A stretch of DNA of 64,000 nucleotides from Octopus vulgaris (taxonomy: Eukaryota). This document shows, piece after piece, positions 8,908 to 22,672 of this stretch. Position 1 is the stretch's first letter, and each line of letters begins with the position of its first letter. The notes under the pieces are model-generated. The model searched no databases. It was given only the letters and a program-made list of their open reading frames with translations, and was not told the DNA's origin. Location: assembly GCA_951406725.2 (NCBI GenBank), contig OX597841.1:22258001-22322000 (forward strand). The letters run 5' to 3'. A program made the position numbers and the translations under genes.

Positions 8908-10634
8908 TATATATAAAATCTCATAACAATTCCGCTTGTCATTGTTACTTAACCCTTTCATTACTGTATTTATTTTGAGATGCTCTCTGTTACTTTCAAT
9001 TACTTTAAATATAACAAAGAATTTAGTAAAATAACTTAGTTATCATTCAGCTAGTGTTAGGAACATAAATTGTGACTAAGGTTTGGTGGAAGATTTTAAC
9101 TCAAAACTTATGAAAACAAGACATTTGTACTTAGAGCCAGAGCCAGTTTCAGCCGGGTTGGTAACGAAAGGGTAACACATTCACATGGTCAGAGAAAGGG
9201 GGAGAGAGAGAAAAAGAGTGAGTGAGAAGCATGAAGTGTGGCAGGGGAGTACGTAATATGTATTACATGATTAAAAAGTCAGTTCAAAGTGATACAGAAA
9301 AGTGTTAGGAATATAATTTCAGTAGAGGGGTGATGTTCTGATGGTGAGATTAAAAAAAGACAGAAAGAGAGAGGGTGGTGGTGGTGGTGGTGACAATGGT
9401 GAGTGCATAGTGAAAAGAAAACTGCTTTTGTTTTTAATTGAACTAAGTTTTTTGTATTACCTATCACTTGACACATGCGCATCCCAAACTTGCCATTCTC
9501 TTTAGAAAGAAACCAGACTCCTGTTCACCTGTCATGCAATGACTATCAATAAAGCTTACAAGGGCAGACATTTCATAAAGTGGGGCCATTCTTGCCTGAA
9601 CCTGTATTCAACCATGGTCAGCTGTATGTTGCATTCTGAAGGTCTCGCAAATGATCTGATGTGAGGGTTAAATTTAACAAGACTGACAAGCACAGGGAAA
9701 GAAGAGGGAGAACTTACACAAACAACATCGTCTGCAAAGAAGTATTCGACTCAAAGGAGTACCGTAAATCCTTGAGTATAATATGTAGGGGATTTTTAGG
9801 GGGTTGTACAACTGAAAAACCTAAACCTTGTGTATAATACGCACCCCTTCTCTAACTAGAGTCGTGCGTAATTAAGCCAGCAGTACCTAGTCGAACAAAC
9901 ACTTCCGCGCATGCGTAATACAATAATGGTGATGTTCTTAACTGTTATATGGAAATGTAAATATGTTTGCAAATTGTTTTTGTTACATGTTTTCGGTGTT
10001 CTGAATACTTTTATTTTAATAAATGTTGCTTACTGCAAGTTATGGATGATTCGTTTATGACTTCATTGCTTTCAAAGGTATTTTCGTGCCCGACATTAGG
10101 CAGATGCCAGAGATCCTAGAAGCCATACACACACACACACAGATAGAACGGATTTTATATGAGATGTAATACATAACATCTTATACAAGTTGTTTGTATC
10201 AATTTGCTGTCTACACCTGTTGAAATTCTGTGAAACATTGCAAATATGTTAAAGTAACATTCAGTTTGTTACTAGGCTCATTGAAGTTTAATAAAAAATC
10301 TATAATTATATGGCTACGGCCCCTGGAAGGGATCCACATATATAACCAATATATTTTCCTTTAACAGACAAGGGAAATACCGGTGACATGTAAAAAGCAC
10401 CATCCGATCATGGCCACTTGTTAGCTTCGTCTGGCACCTGTGCAGGTGGCACATAAAAAGCACCCACTACACTCTCGGAGTGGTTGGCGTTAGGAAGGGC
10501 ATCCAGCTGTAGAAAAAACACTGCCAGATCAGACTGGGCCTGGTGCAGCCTCCTGGCTTCCCAGACCCCAGTTGAACTGCCCAACCCATGCTAGCATGGA
10601 ACAACAGACGTTAAACGATGATGATGATGATGAT

Positions 10635-11313
10635 TTCAGTCAAAATAGTGAATTTTATTAAGTCAAAGCCTTTGCAATCGCGCCTATTTGAGAAGTTGTG
10701 CAAAGAGATGAGAAGCGATCATAAATCACTTCTTTTGCACACATAAATACGATGGCTCTCTAGGGGGCAAGTGTTAACAAGACTTGCAGAACTCCGCGAA
10801 GAAGTAGCTATATTTTTAGAAGATAAAAGCGATTTTGCGAAATATTTGCGTGACGAAGAATTTGATCTGAGGCTTATGTATTTAGCAGATATTTTTTCGA
10901 AATTAAACGACCTGAATTTGTATTTACAAGGAACAGAAGGTATCAGTATATTTGCAATTCATGACAAAATTTGAGGTTTTATGAAAAAACTTGTCTTGTG
11001 GAAAAATCGTATTAACAAGCGAAATTATGACCGTTTTGAAACATTTGAAATTTTTGTAATGGAGAATAAAGCAAAAGTTGATGATGGTATAATCATTGAG
11101 ATATCTGAACACTTGAATAAGTTAAATGAAAGTTTTGAATTTTATTTTCATAAAGAGATGGATACTATACAACAGAAAAGATGGATTATGAACCCCTTTC
11201 AGCCAGACGGGACGACTGGAATATCAACAAAAGCCGGTGAGGAACTTATTGTTTTATCCGAAGACTCTTCCTTGAAAATGACTTTTAACACAGGAATATG
11301 GTGTCTCTCCTGA
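10635..11313 (+). pseudogene. hAT transposase fragment, disrupted (cassette B)
   Basis: Premature TAA (~10744) and TGA (~10972). Confidence 0.88.
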
Positions 11314-11576
11314 ATGAAAATGTTTGTGAGAAGTTAAGCACTACTTTGAGAGAAAGATTTAATAATAATAATAATAATTGTGTACAGTGCTCAGGTGCAC
11401 TACAACTCATCTAAAGTGTATATATAATCAGGTGTAGTTTCGGCGGATTTCGGAAAGCATTAGGGCCTTAAAGGATGCAGTGTCATGGCAGTCAACAACT
11501 GACGCAGGCAGTTTATTCCATGCTTCAGCAACTCTGAGCGTGAAAAAATGTTTCCAAAAGTCATGATATGGTTTCT

Positions 11577-11785
11577 AACCTATATGAACAAGTATGTGAG
11601 AATTTAAAAGACTTTGGTCAGAGAATGATTTACCACAGACTTCACAGGGATAAGGCTTCTCTCCTGTATGAATACGTATGTGCGAAGTCAAGTTACCCTT
11701 TCGAGAGAATGATTTACCACAAGTGTCACAGTGAAATAGCTTCTCCACTGTATGAACACTTATGTGAGAGTTTAAAGCACTCTGG
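11577..11785 (-). pseudogene. Out-of-frame terminal fingers of gene B
   Basis: Reads [36 protein letters not shown]...HILVHIG*, homologous to the last fingers of C/D. Confidence 0.8.
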
Positions 11786-12523
11786 TCACTCTGTATGAAT
11801 ACGTTTGTGTCTAGTCAAGTTATAACTCTGAGGGAAAGATTTACCACAAATGTCACAGTGAAACAGCTTCTCCCCTGTATGAACACGTATGTGAGAATTT
11901 AAAGCACTTTGGGAACAGAATGATGTACCACAGACATCACAATGAAAAGGCTTCTCTCCTGTATGAATACGTATGTGTGTAGTCAGGCCACCTTTCTGAA
12001 AGAATGATTTACCACAAATGTCACAGTTAAATGGCTTCTTCCCTGTATGAATACGTTGGTGTGTAGTCAAGTTAATTTTTTTAGAGAATGATTTACCACA
12101 GGTGTCACAATGAAATGGATTCTCCCCTGTATGAACAAGTATGTGAGAGTTTAAAGCACTCTGGTCAGAGAATGATGTACTACAGACATCACAACGATAA
12201 GGCTTCTCCCCTGTATGAATACGTCTGTGTCTAGTCAAGTTAAAACTTTGAGGGAAAGATTTACCACAGATGTCGCAGTGAAATGGCTTCTCCCCTGTAT
12301 GAACACGTTCGTGTGTAGTCAAGTTACTTATTTTAGAGAATGATTTACCACAGGTGTCACAATGAAATGGATTTTCCCCTGTATGAACACGTTTGTGCAT
12401 ATTTAAGCGACCCTTTTTTGAGAAAGACTTTTTACAGACATCACAGTCATGTGACAATTTTTGTTTCCCCTCTTCTCTATCTTCAGGAAAAATCAGTTCC
12501 TTTAGATTCTCACTCTTTTCCAT
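11786..12523 (-). CDS. C2H2 zinc-finger protein B, 245 aa, 8 fingers, truncated by a frameshifting deletion
   Basis: 8 intact fingers, then a ~41-nt deletion relative to C/D gives HTE*. Confidence 0.85.
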   Translation of the reverse strand: MEKSENLKELIFPEDREEGKQKLSHDCDVCKKSFSKKGRLNMHKRVHTGENPFHCDTCGKSFSKISNLTTHERVHTGEKPFHCDICGKSFPQSFNLTRHRRIHTGEKPYRCDVCSTSFSDQSALNSHILVHTGENPFHCDTCGKSFSKKINLTTHQRIHTGKKPFNCDICGKSFFQKGGLTTHIRIHTGEKPFHCDVCGTSFCSQSALNSHIRVHTGEKLFHCDICGKSFPQSYNLTRHKRIHTE

Positions 12524-13291
12524 TATTTTTCTTCAAAAATCACAGTATATAATCTTTTTTCACCTTTTCGCTTCCATAGTGTTTTGTTTACAAATATTTC
12601 AACTGCTGTATTTCTGTCCATTGTTAATTTTGTCCCAAAACATTTTACTAAAATAATCCAAGTTTAATTCTTACACAGACTTATCTTGTGGACACTCCAG
12701 CCAGTGATATCCAGAAGGTTTGCTAATAACACAATTCAGAGTAAATATATCAGAGGAAATCCACCACAGATTTGTAGAAACAATCTTATATATCTGTTTT
12801 GTACAATATTTCCATTTTGGTCTTTAAAAGATGATAAATAATGAGAACGTATCTTCAGTTATGCCAATGTCATCTGATATTCTGAAAGAATAAAGAAACA
12901 ACAGTGTAAGATATGGAGGCTATTTAAAAAAATACAGATTCAACATTTCCATAGAGATAAACTCTAGAAATAAACATTTACCTGAACAACAGAACTTTTT
13001 AATTTATTAAAATTTACATCACAAAATCTTGTGTGAAGCTAACATATTTGTAAACTCCAGCTACACATTCACACACACACACACGTTTATATATATATAT
13101 ACTCTTCCTTGTGTTAGTTGTTTTGACTGTGCCTATACTGGAGCATCATCTTAGAGGGTATTAGTTGATCAAATCAACCCTAGGACTTCATTTTTGAGCC
13201 TAGTACTTATATTGGCCTCTTTTGTGAAACCACTAAATTATGGGGACATAAACACACCAACACTGGTTATCAAACAGTCACAAAGACACAC

Positions 13292-13330
<39 letters not shown>

Positions 13331-14012
13331 CACATAAATACTCATTAATATACATATATATAGGGCTTCTTTCAGTTTCCATTCCAGAAAGCACGCGATC
13401 CCCAAAGTAAAAAAACACAGGATTTTACAACATTCAGAGTTTTGAAATGCCCTTCGGAATAATTCTGTCTAAAACCTACAATGATTTCAGTTGAAATCTT
13501 TCTAACCAGTGTCATAATGGTGAGAGAATAAGGAGAAATTACTCATTTTGCCCCGCTTACTAATTTCGTCCCCTTCCCGATACCAAGAAACAAACATTCG
13601 ATGAATTATAAAAAAGCATTCTTTATAACATCCCACGGAAGTTTCCAGAAGAGTTCTGAAATGTCGTTTAGAATAATTCTGGTTAAAACCTACAATAAAT
13701 TCAGTTGAAATCTTTCTAAGCAATGTTATAATGGTGAGAGAATAAGGAGAAATTACTCATTTTGCCCCGCTTACTAATTTCTTCCCCTTCCCTATATCAA
13801 GTGATAAATTATAATAAAGCATTGGTTTCTCAATATTTCTGTGGTTGGAGTTTATTTTAAGAACATTTCTCCAACTAAAACACACAACAAACAAACGTGG
13901 AAAAATGATGGAGCGTGTAGGAGGTTGCCGCCATAGCTAGAAATAGCAGCCAAATGTGGAACAAAATCTGATTCACAAAGTATCGAAAGGTTAAATGTTT
14001 TCGTTGTTTAAT

Positions 14013-14200
14013 ACTTACGCAAATGTCTTTATAAAGGATGGTGTTGTTGTTGTTGTTATGAGGGCGTCGGGTGGGAGAGAAATGTATAATAAATGTGTTT
14101 GGGAGTGAATTAATGGAAAATCTGGCGCCAAACAAAGCTTGTCAAGATGTAATGAATAGAAGCGGAAATAGGTTTAGTGCGCATGCGTATGTAATAGTTG
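14013..14200 (-). promoter_or_regulatory. Putative promoter/first exon of gene B
   Basis: Donor 14013-14018, TGCGCATGCG 14178-14187. Confidence 0.65.
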
Positions 14201-14872
14201 TGCGTGATATTCACATTTTGGCACAAGGCCAGCAATTTCAGGGGAGGGGAGGGTGCGTAAGTCGATTGCCGCGGACCTCAGTTGTTAACTGGTATTTATT
14301 TTATTGAACCCCAGCAAAAAGGTGAAAGGCAAACTTTATTTGGATCTTTTCGCTTTGACCGACAGATTTTTTAAATAATTTCCACGTAACTAAACACTTT
14401 TAAACTTCGTATACTGGTAGAATGTGTTTACATAAAACATCTTTTTCTCTTGGCTTTCTTGAGAAAATTCTGTAGTTTGTAAGCTATTTGTTCTTTAATT
14501 TCTTGCATTTCGGCAATTTCAACCAATCAATGACGTCTATTAAGGTGAATACAATTTCTGCCGTAGTTTGTCAACAACTTCCTGCACAGATACACACATT
14601 ACATATTATATATTCGTTTAAGAATCAGATTGGGTATCTTTTCGGTTTGAACGGCAGTTTTTTTAAATAATTTCCACGTAACTAAACACTTTTAAATTTC
14701 GTATTCTGGTAGAATGTGTTTATAAAATATCTTTTTCTCGTGGCTTTCTTGAGAAAATTCTGTGGTTTGTATGCTATTTGTTCTTTAATTCCTTGCATTT
14801 CGGCAATTTCAACCAATCAATGACGTCTATTGAGGTGAATACAATCTGTCCGGATCTTTGTCAACAATAATT

Positions 14873-15624
14873 TTTTGCGCTGTCAGCAATTAAAGCAAAG
14901 TCATCAGCATAGGGAAGCTCCCAGGGGCATACTGTTTTGAATTCCTCCGTTATTACCTGGAGGACTATGATAAATAGGAGGGGGCTGAGGACTGAACCTT
15001 GGTGGACCCCTACATCTACCCTGAATTCTTCAGCGTACTCGTTGCCAACCCTAACCTTAAGTGCAGCATCCCGTACATGGCTTGCACAGCTCTCACTAAC
15101 CATTCATCTATCCCTAGTTTCCTCATTGACCACCAGATAAGTGATCAGGGGACCCTGTCAAAGGCTTTCTCCATGTCAACGAAAGCGAGGTACAGGGGCT
15201 TATCTTTGGCTAGGTATTTCTCCTGCAGCTGTCTTACCAGAAATATAGCATCAGTGGTGCTTTCCCCTGGCACGAAACCAAATTGCATCTCATCCAAACT
15301 GACTCTCTCCCTAATTAGTTGGGCTATGACCCTCTCCGTGACCATCATGACCTGATCCAACAGCTTGATACCTCTGTAATTATTTGTATCTAAACCATCA
15401 CCTTTACCTTTGTAGCAGTTGACTATGGTGCTGCTACACCAGTCGTTGGGTATGACTCCTTCGTGTATCACCTGGTTTACTGTATGGGTGACTAGGCTTT
15501 AGCCGACACTGCCAGATATTTTGAGCATCTCTGCAGTAATTCCTGATGGGCCGGGGACTTTCCCTGTCTTCATACTTGTAATTGCCTTATCTATCAAGGT
15601 ACTGACAACTCGGATAGCTGGTCA

Positions 15625-15628
<4 letters not shown>
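14873..15628 (-). mobile_element. RTE LINE RT relic (cassette C)
   Basis: Same fragment plus a 1-nt deletion (cccgtac) shared with cassette D. Confidence 0.9.
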
Positions 15629-15657
<29 letters not shown>

Positions 15658-17792
15658 CTCATAACAATTCTGCTTGACGTTGTTACTTAACCCTTTCATT
15701 ACTGTATTTATTTTGAGATGCTCTGTGTTACTTTCAATTACTTTAAATATAACAAAGAATTTAGTAAAATAACTTAGTTATCATTCAGCTAGTGTTAGGA
15801 ACATAAATTGTGACTAAGGTTTGGTGGAAGATTTTAACTCAAAACTTGTGAAAACAAAACATTTGTACTTAGAGCCAGAGCCGGTTTCAGCCGGGTTGGT
15901 AATGAAAGGGCTAAATGTTAAGTAGCAATAAAATACATCACTAAGGAAAGCTGTTGTTCTGGCTGTCAACTTGTGAGGTGTTATTGTTTTCAACTAAGAA
16001 CCATAGAATTTGCTATGGGAAAATTGAAGATTTGATTTCGATTTTAGTGCTAGCTTGTTTGCAAGGAAAATTTATCCCACGTGTTTTGTTACAGCTTGTT
16101 TAATAAATCGAGAGGTATTTATTATAGGAAAATGAATGAGGTATTTCCCTTGTCTGTTAAAGGAAAATATATTGGTTATATATGTGGATCCCTTCCAGGG
16201 GCCGTAGCCATATAATTATAGATTTTTTATTAAACTTCAATGAATGTTACTTTAACATATTTGCAATGTTTCACAGAATTTCAACAGGTGTAGACAGCAA
16301 ATTGATACAAACAACTTGTATAAGATGTTATATATTACATCTCATATAAAATCCATTCTATCTGTGTGTGTGTGTGTATGGCTTCTAGGATCTCTGGCAT
16401 CTGCCTAATGTCGGGCACGAAAATACCTTTGAAAGCAATGAAGTCATAAAAGAATCATCCATAACTTGCAGTAAGCAACATTTATTAAAATAAAAGTATT
16501 CAGAACACAGAAAACATGTAACAAAAACAATTTGCAAACATATTTACATTCCTATATAACAGTTAATAACATCACCATTATTGTATTACGCATGCGCGGA
16601 AGTGTTTGTTCGACTAGGTACTGCTGGCTTAATTACACACGACTCTAGTCAGAGAAGGGGTGCGTATTATACACAAGGTTTAGGTTTTTCAGAGGTACAG
16701 CTCCCTAAAAATCCCCTGCATATTATACTCAAGGATTTACGGTACTCCTTTCAGTCGAATACTTCTTTGCAGACTATGTTGTTTGTGTAAGTTCTCCCTC
16801 TTCTTGTCAGTCTTGTTAAATTTAACCCTCACATCAGATCATTTGCGAGACCTTCAGAATGCAACATACAGCTGACCATGGTTGAATACAGGTTCAGGCA
16901 AGAATGGCCCCACTTTATGAAATGTCTGCCCTTGTAAGCTTTATTGATAGTCATTGCATGACAGGTGAACAGGAGTCTGGTTTCTTTCTAAAGAGAATGG
17001 CAAGTTTGGGATGCGCATGTGTCAAGTGATAGGTAATACAAAAAACTTAGTTCAATTAAAAACAAAAGCAGTTTTCTTTTCACTATGCACTCACCATTGT
17101 CACCACCACCACCACCACCCTCTCTCTCTCTGTCTTTTTTTAATCTCACCATCAGAACATCACCCCTCTACTGAAATTATATTCCTAACACTTTTCTCTG
17201 TATCACTTTGAACTGACTTTTTAATCATGTAATACATATTATGTACTCCCCTGTCACACTTCATGCTTCTCACTCACTCTTTTTCTCTCTCTCCCCCTTT
17301 CTCTGATCATGTGAATGTGTTACCCTTTCGTTACCAACCCGGCTGAAACTGGCTCTGGCTCTAAGTACAAATGTCTTGTTTTCATAAGTTTTGAGTTAAA
17401 ATCTTCCACCAAACCTTAGTCACAATTTATGTTCCTAACACTAGCTGAATGATAACTAAGTTATTTTACTAAATCTTTCAACATCAATGGAAATTGTAGC
17501 TGAGATACCAGTGCCGGTGGCACGTAAGAGAACCGTCCGAACGTGGCCGTTGCCAGCGCCGCCCCAACTGGCCTCCGTGCCAGTGACATGGCCAGTTGCC
17601 AGCCTCGTCTGGCACCTGTGCAGGTGGCACGTAAAAAGCACCCACTACACTCTCAGAGTGGTTGGCGTTAGGAAGGGTAACCAGCTATAGAAACACTGCC
17701 AGATCAGACTGGGCCTGGCGCAGCCTCCTGGCTTCCCAGACCCCAGTTGAACTGCCCAACCCATGCTAGCATGGAACAACAGACGTTAAACG

Positions 17793-18488
17793 ATGATGAT
17801 GATGATGACTTCAGTCAAAATAGTGAACTTTATTAAGTCAAAGACTTTGCAATCGCGCCTATTTGAGAAGTTGTGCAAAGAGATGAGAAGCGATCATAAA
17901 TCACTTCTTTTGCACACAGAAATACGATGGCTCCCTAGGGGGCAAGTGTTAACAAGACTTGCAGAACGCCACGAAGAAGTAGCTATATTTTTAGAAGATA
18001 ATAGCGATTTTGCGAAATATTTGCGTGACGAAGAATTTGTTCTGAGGCTTACGTATTTAGCAGATATTTTTTCGAAATTAAACGACCTGAATTTGTATTT
18101 ACAAGGAACAGAAGGTATCAGTATATTTGCAATTCATGAGAAAATTCGAGGTTTTATGAAAAAACTTGTCTTGTGGAAAAATTGTATTAACAAGCGAAAT
18201 TATGACCGTTTTGAAACATTTGAAATTTTTGTAATGGAGAATAAAGCAAAAGTTGATGATGGTATAATCATTGAGATATCTGAACACTTGAATAAGTTAA
18301 ATGAAAGTTTTGAATTTTATTTTCATAAAGTGATGAATACTATACAACAGAAAAGATGGATTATGAACCCCTTTCAGCCTGACGTGACGACTGGAATATC
18401 AACAAAAGCCGGTGAGGAACTTATTGATTTATCCGAAGACTCTTCCTTGAAAATGACTTTTAACACAGGAATATGGTGTCTCTCCTGA
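17793..18488 (+). mobile_element. hAT transposase fragment, open 231-aa ORF (cassette C)
   Basis: Near-identical to 3341-4036. Confidence 0.88.
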
Positions 18489-18741
18489 ATGAAAATGTTT
18501 GTGAGAAGTTAAGCACTACTTTGAGAGAAAGATTTAATAATAATAATAATAATTGTGTACAGTGCTCAGGTGCACTACAACTCATCTAAAGTGTATGTAT
18601 AATCAGGTGTAGTTTCGGCGGATTTCGGAAAGCATTAAAGGATGCAGTGTCATGGCAGTCAACAACTGACGCAGGCAGTTTATTCCATGCTTCAGCAACT
18701 CTGAGCGTGAAAAAATGTTTCCGAAAGTCATGATATGGTTT

Positions 18742-20739
18742 CTATCCTATATGAACAAGTATGTGAGAATTTAAAACACTTCGGTCAGAGAATGAGGTAC
18801 CACAGACATCACAGGGATAAGGCTTCTCTCCTGTATGAATACGTATGTGCGTAGTCAAGTTACCTTTTCGAGAGAATGATTTACCACAAGTGTCACAGTG
18901 AAATAGCTTCTCCCCTGTATGAACACTTATGTGAGAGTTTAAAGCAGTCTGGTCAGAGAATGATGTACCACAGACATCACAACGATAAGGCTTCTCCCCT
19001 GTATGAATACGTTTGTGTCTAGTCAAGTTATTACTTTGAGGGAAAGATTTACCACAGATGTCACAGTGAAATGGTTTCTCCCCTGTATGAACACGTATGT
19101 GTGAATTAAAAGCACTTCGGCCAAGGAATGATGCAAAACAGACATCACAGTGATATGGCTTCTCTCCAGTATGAATACGTTGGTGTGTAGTCAAGCAAAC
19201 TTTTCTAGGGAATGAATTACCGCAGATGTCACAGTGAAATAGCTTCTCCCCTGTATGAACAAGTATGTGAGAGTTTAAAGCACTCTGGTCAGAGAATGAT
19301 GTACCACAGACATCACAACGATAAGGCTTCTCCCCTGTATGAATACGTTTGTGTCTAGTCAAGTTATTATTTTGAGTGAAAGATTTACCACAGATGTCGC
19401 AGTGAAATGGCTTCTCCCCTGTATGAACAAGTATGTGAGAGTTTAAAGTACTCTGGACAGAGAATGATGTACCACAGACATCACAACGATAAGGCTTCTC
19501 CCCTGTATGAATACGTTTGTGTCTAGTCAAGTTATTACTTTGAGGGAAAGATTTACCACAGATGTCACAGTGAAATGGTTTCTCCCCTGTATGAACACGT
19601 ATGTGTGAATTAAAAGCACTTCGGCCAAGGAATGATGCAAAACAGACATCACAGTGATATGGCTTCTCTCCAGTATGAATACGTTGGTGTCTAGTCAAGC
19701 TACCTTTTCTAGGGAATGATTTACCGCAGATGTCACAGTGAAATAGCTTCTCCCCTGTATGAACAAGTATGTGAGAGTTTAAAGCACTCTGGTCAGAGAA
19801 TGATGTACCACAGACATCACAACGATAAGGCTTCTCCCCTGTATGAATACGTTTGTGTCTAGTCAAGTTATTATTTTGAGGGAAAGATTTACCACAGATG
19901 TCGCAGTGAAATGGCTTCTCCCCTGTATGAACAAGTATGTGAGAGTTTAAAGTACTCTGGGCAGAGAATGATGTACCACAGACATCACAACGATAAGGCT
20001 TCTCCCCTGTATGAATACGTTTGTGTCTAGTCAAGTTATTACTTTGAGGGAAAGATTTACCACAGATGTCACAGTGAAATAGCTTCTCCCCTGTATGAAC
20101 AAGTATGTGAGAGTTTAAAGCACTCTGGTCAGAGAATGATGTACCACAGACATCACAACGATAAGGCTTATCCCCTGTATGAATACGTTTGTGTCTAGTC
20201 AAGTTATTATTTTGAGGGAAAGATTTACCACAGATGTCACAGTGAAATAGCTTCTCCCCTGTATGAACAAGTATGTGAGAGTTTAAAGCACTCTGGTGAG
20301 AGAATGATGTACCACAGACCTCACAACGATAAGGCTTCTCCCCTGTATGAATACGTTTGTGTCTAGTCAAGTTATTACTTTGAGGGAAAGATTTACCACA
20401 GATGTCGCAGTGAAATGGCTTCTCCCCTGTATGAATACGTTTGTGTCTAGTCAAGTTATTATTTTGAGGGAAAGATTTACCACAGATGTCGCAGTGAAAT
20501 GGCTTCTCCCCTGTATGAATACGTTGGTGTGTAGTCAAGTTAATTTTTTTAGAGAATGATTTACCACAGGTGTCACAGTGAAATGGATTTTCCCCTGTAT
20601 GAACACGTTTGTGCATATTTAAGCGACCCTTTTTTGAGAAAGACTTTTTACAGACATCACAGTCATGTGACAATTTTTGTTTCCCCTCTTCTCTATCTTC
20701 AGGAAAAATCAGTTCCTTTAGATTCTCACTCTTTTCCAT
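18742..20739 (-). CDS. C2H2 zinc-finger protein C, 665 aa, 23 fingers
   Basis: 23 fingers with internal 2-finger (168 bp) and 6-finger (504 bp) repetition. Confidence 0.92.
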   Translation of the reverse strand: MEKSENLKELIFPEDREEGKQKLSHDCDVCKKSFSKKGRLNMHKRVHTGENPFHCDTCGKSFSKKINLTTHQRIHTGEKPFHCDICGKSFPQNNNLTRHKRIHTGEKPFHCDICGKSFPQSNNLTRHKRIHTGEKPYRCEVCGTSFSHQSALNSHILVHTGEKLFHCDICGKSFPQNNNLTRHKRIHTGDKPYRCDVCGTSFSDQSALNSHILVHTGEKLFHCDICGKSFPQSNNLTRHKRIHTGEKPYRCDVCGTSFSAQSTLNSHILVHTGEKPFHCDICGKSFPQNNNLTRHKRIHTGEKPYRCDVCGTSFSDQSALNSHILVHTGEKLFHCDICGKSFPRKGSLTRHQRIHTGEKPYHCDVCFASFLGRSAFNSHIRVHTGEKPFHCDICGKSFPQSNNLTRHKRIHTGEKPYRCDVCGTSFSVQSTLNSHILVHTGEKPFHCDICGKSFTQNNNLTRHKRIHTGEKPYRCDVCGTSFSDQSALNSHILVHTGEKLFHCDICGNSFPRKVCLTTHQRIHTGEKPYHCDVCFASFLGRSAFNSHIRVHTGEKPFHCDICGKSFPQSNNLTRHKRIHTGEKPYRCDVCGTSFSDQTALNSHISVHTGEKLFHCDTCGKSFSRKGNLTTHIRIHTGEKPYPCDVCGTSFSDRSVLNSHILVHIG

Positions 20740-21543
20740 TATTTTTCTTCAAAAATCACAGTATATAATCTTTTTTCACCTTTTCGCTTCCATAGTGTTT
20801 TGTTTCCAAATATTTCAACTGCTGTATTTCTGTCCATTGTTAATTTTGTCCCAAAACATTTTACTAAAATAATCCAAGTTTAATTCTTACACAGACTTAT
20901 CTTGTGGACACTCCAGCCAGTGATATCCAGAAGGTTTGCTAATAACACAATTCAGAGTAAATATATCAGAGGAATTCCACCACAGATTTATAGAAACAAT
21001 CTTATATATCTGTTCTGTACAATATTTCCATTTTGGTCTTTAAAAGATGATAAATAATGAGAATGTATCTTCAGTTATGCCAATGTCATCTGATATTCTG
21101 AAAGAATAAAGAAACAACAGTGTAAGATATGGAGGCTACTTAAAAAAATACAGATTCAACATTTCCATAAAGATAAACTCTAGAAACAAACATTTAACTG
21201 AACAACAGAACTTTCTAATTTATTAGAATTTACATGAGAAAATCTTGTGTGAAGCTAACATATTTGTAAACTCCAGCTACACATTCACACACGTTTATAT
21301 ATATATATACTCTTCCTTGTGTTAGTTGTTTTGACTGTGGCTATACTGGAGCATCACCTTAGAGGGTGTTAGTTGATCAAATCAACCCTAGGACTTCATT
21401 TTTTAGCCTAGTACATATATTGGCCTCTTTTGTGAAACCACTAAATTATGGGGACACAAACATACGAACACTGGTTATGAAGTGTTGGTGGGGCGTCAAA
21501 CAGTCACAAAGATATATATGCATATATACATAAATACTCATTA

Positions 21544-21574
<31 letters not shown>

Positions 21575-22295
21575 TTGGGCTTCTTTCAGTTTCCATCTAC
21601 CAAATCCAATGACAAGGATTTAGTCGGCTAATGTCTATTGTATAAAATACTTGCCTAAGTAGGTTCGCAGTGGGACTGAACCTGGAAACATATATATATA
21701 TATATATATATATATGCTTACACGTTAATATATACGTACGTGTATGTATATACATGTGTGTGTATGTGAAGGTTTTGGGGTTAGTGGTGTGAGCAATCAG
21801 CTCCTAATAAGGTCATAATTTCAATTCCCAGCAGTGTGCTGTGTTGTTGAGCAAGACATGTTGCTCCAGGTTCACTCAGCTGACAAAAGTGAATTGTACC
21901 AGTAATTTGAAGGGCCAGCCTTATCACATTAGTAAGGTGGATCAGAATTGGGTAGAAAGTTGAGGGAAAATTTGCTGAAAATAAAAAGGAGGTGGCACCC
22001 GACTGTGTTATGGACAGCAACTGGAAGAAGTAGGATGGCCAATTTCTAGTGGTAAATATAAAGTGAAGGAGAAAATACAAAAATAAAAAAAGGGGGTTAC
22101 TCATTTTGCCCCACTTACTAATTTTGGTTCCCTTTCTCTATATCAAGAAACAAACATAGGATGCAGAAAGTGATGTAGATGTTCTTCGGTTTCTATTTGG
22201 CTGTCTTCATATTTATTATGGTTGAATGAGATATTCCCACAAAGATATTATATTTAAATTGACCTAATATGTTGGGATTGACATGTGCCCTTCAT

Positions 22296-22672
22296 TTAAC
22301 CATCTTACAAACAATAACTCTGAGCACCTTTTCGAACTCCACCCGTCTAACACCCGTGGACATATTTACAAAGTCAGAAAACAGCACAGCTCCCATGACT
22401 TCAGGAAACATTTTTTCACGCTGAGAGATGCTCAAACATGGAACAAACTGCCGGCATCAGTTGTTTGTTGTCGGAGCATTGCATCCTTCAAAACTTCCTG
22501 AGATTCGCCAACGCTACACCTGATTTTCTCCCCTCCATATACACGCAAGCATGTATCTGACTCATACATTGTTCGCTTCCCAGACATTTGTACATCACTG
22601 CATACACTTCATTACACACTTTTGACAAGTTGTGGTGCACCTGAGCACTGTATACAATAATTTCATTATTAT
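22296..22672 (+). mobile_element. CR1/L2-group LINE 3' end in the gene C intron (also ~31230-31606 in D)
   Basis: [33 protein letters not shown], then 3'UTR and attatt tail. Confidence 0.8.

Noticed and set aside
18742-20739. 84-bp periodicity resembling a CRISPR array
   Set aside because: In-frame zinc-finger repeats in eukaryotic DNA; no unique spacers and no cas genes
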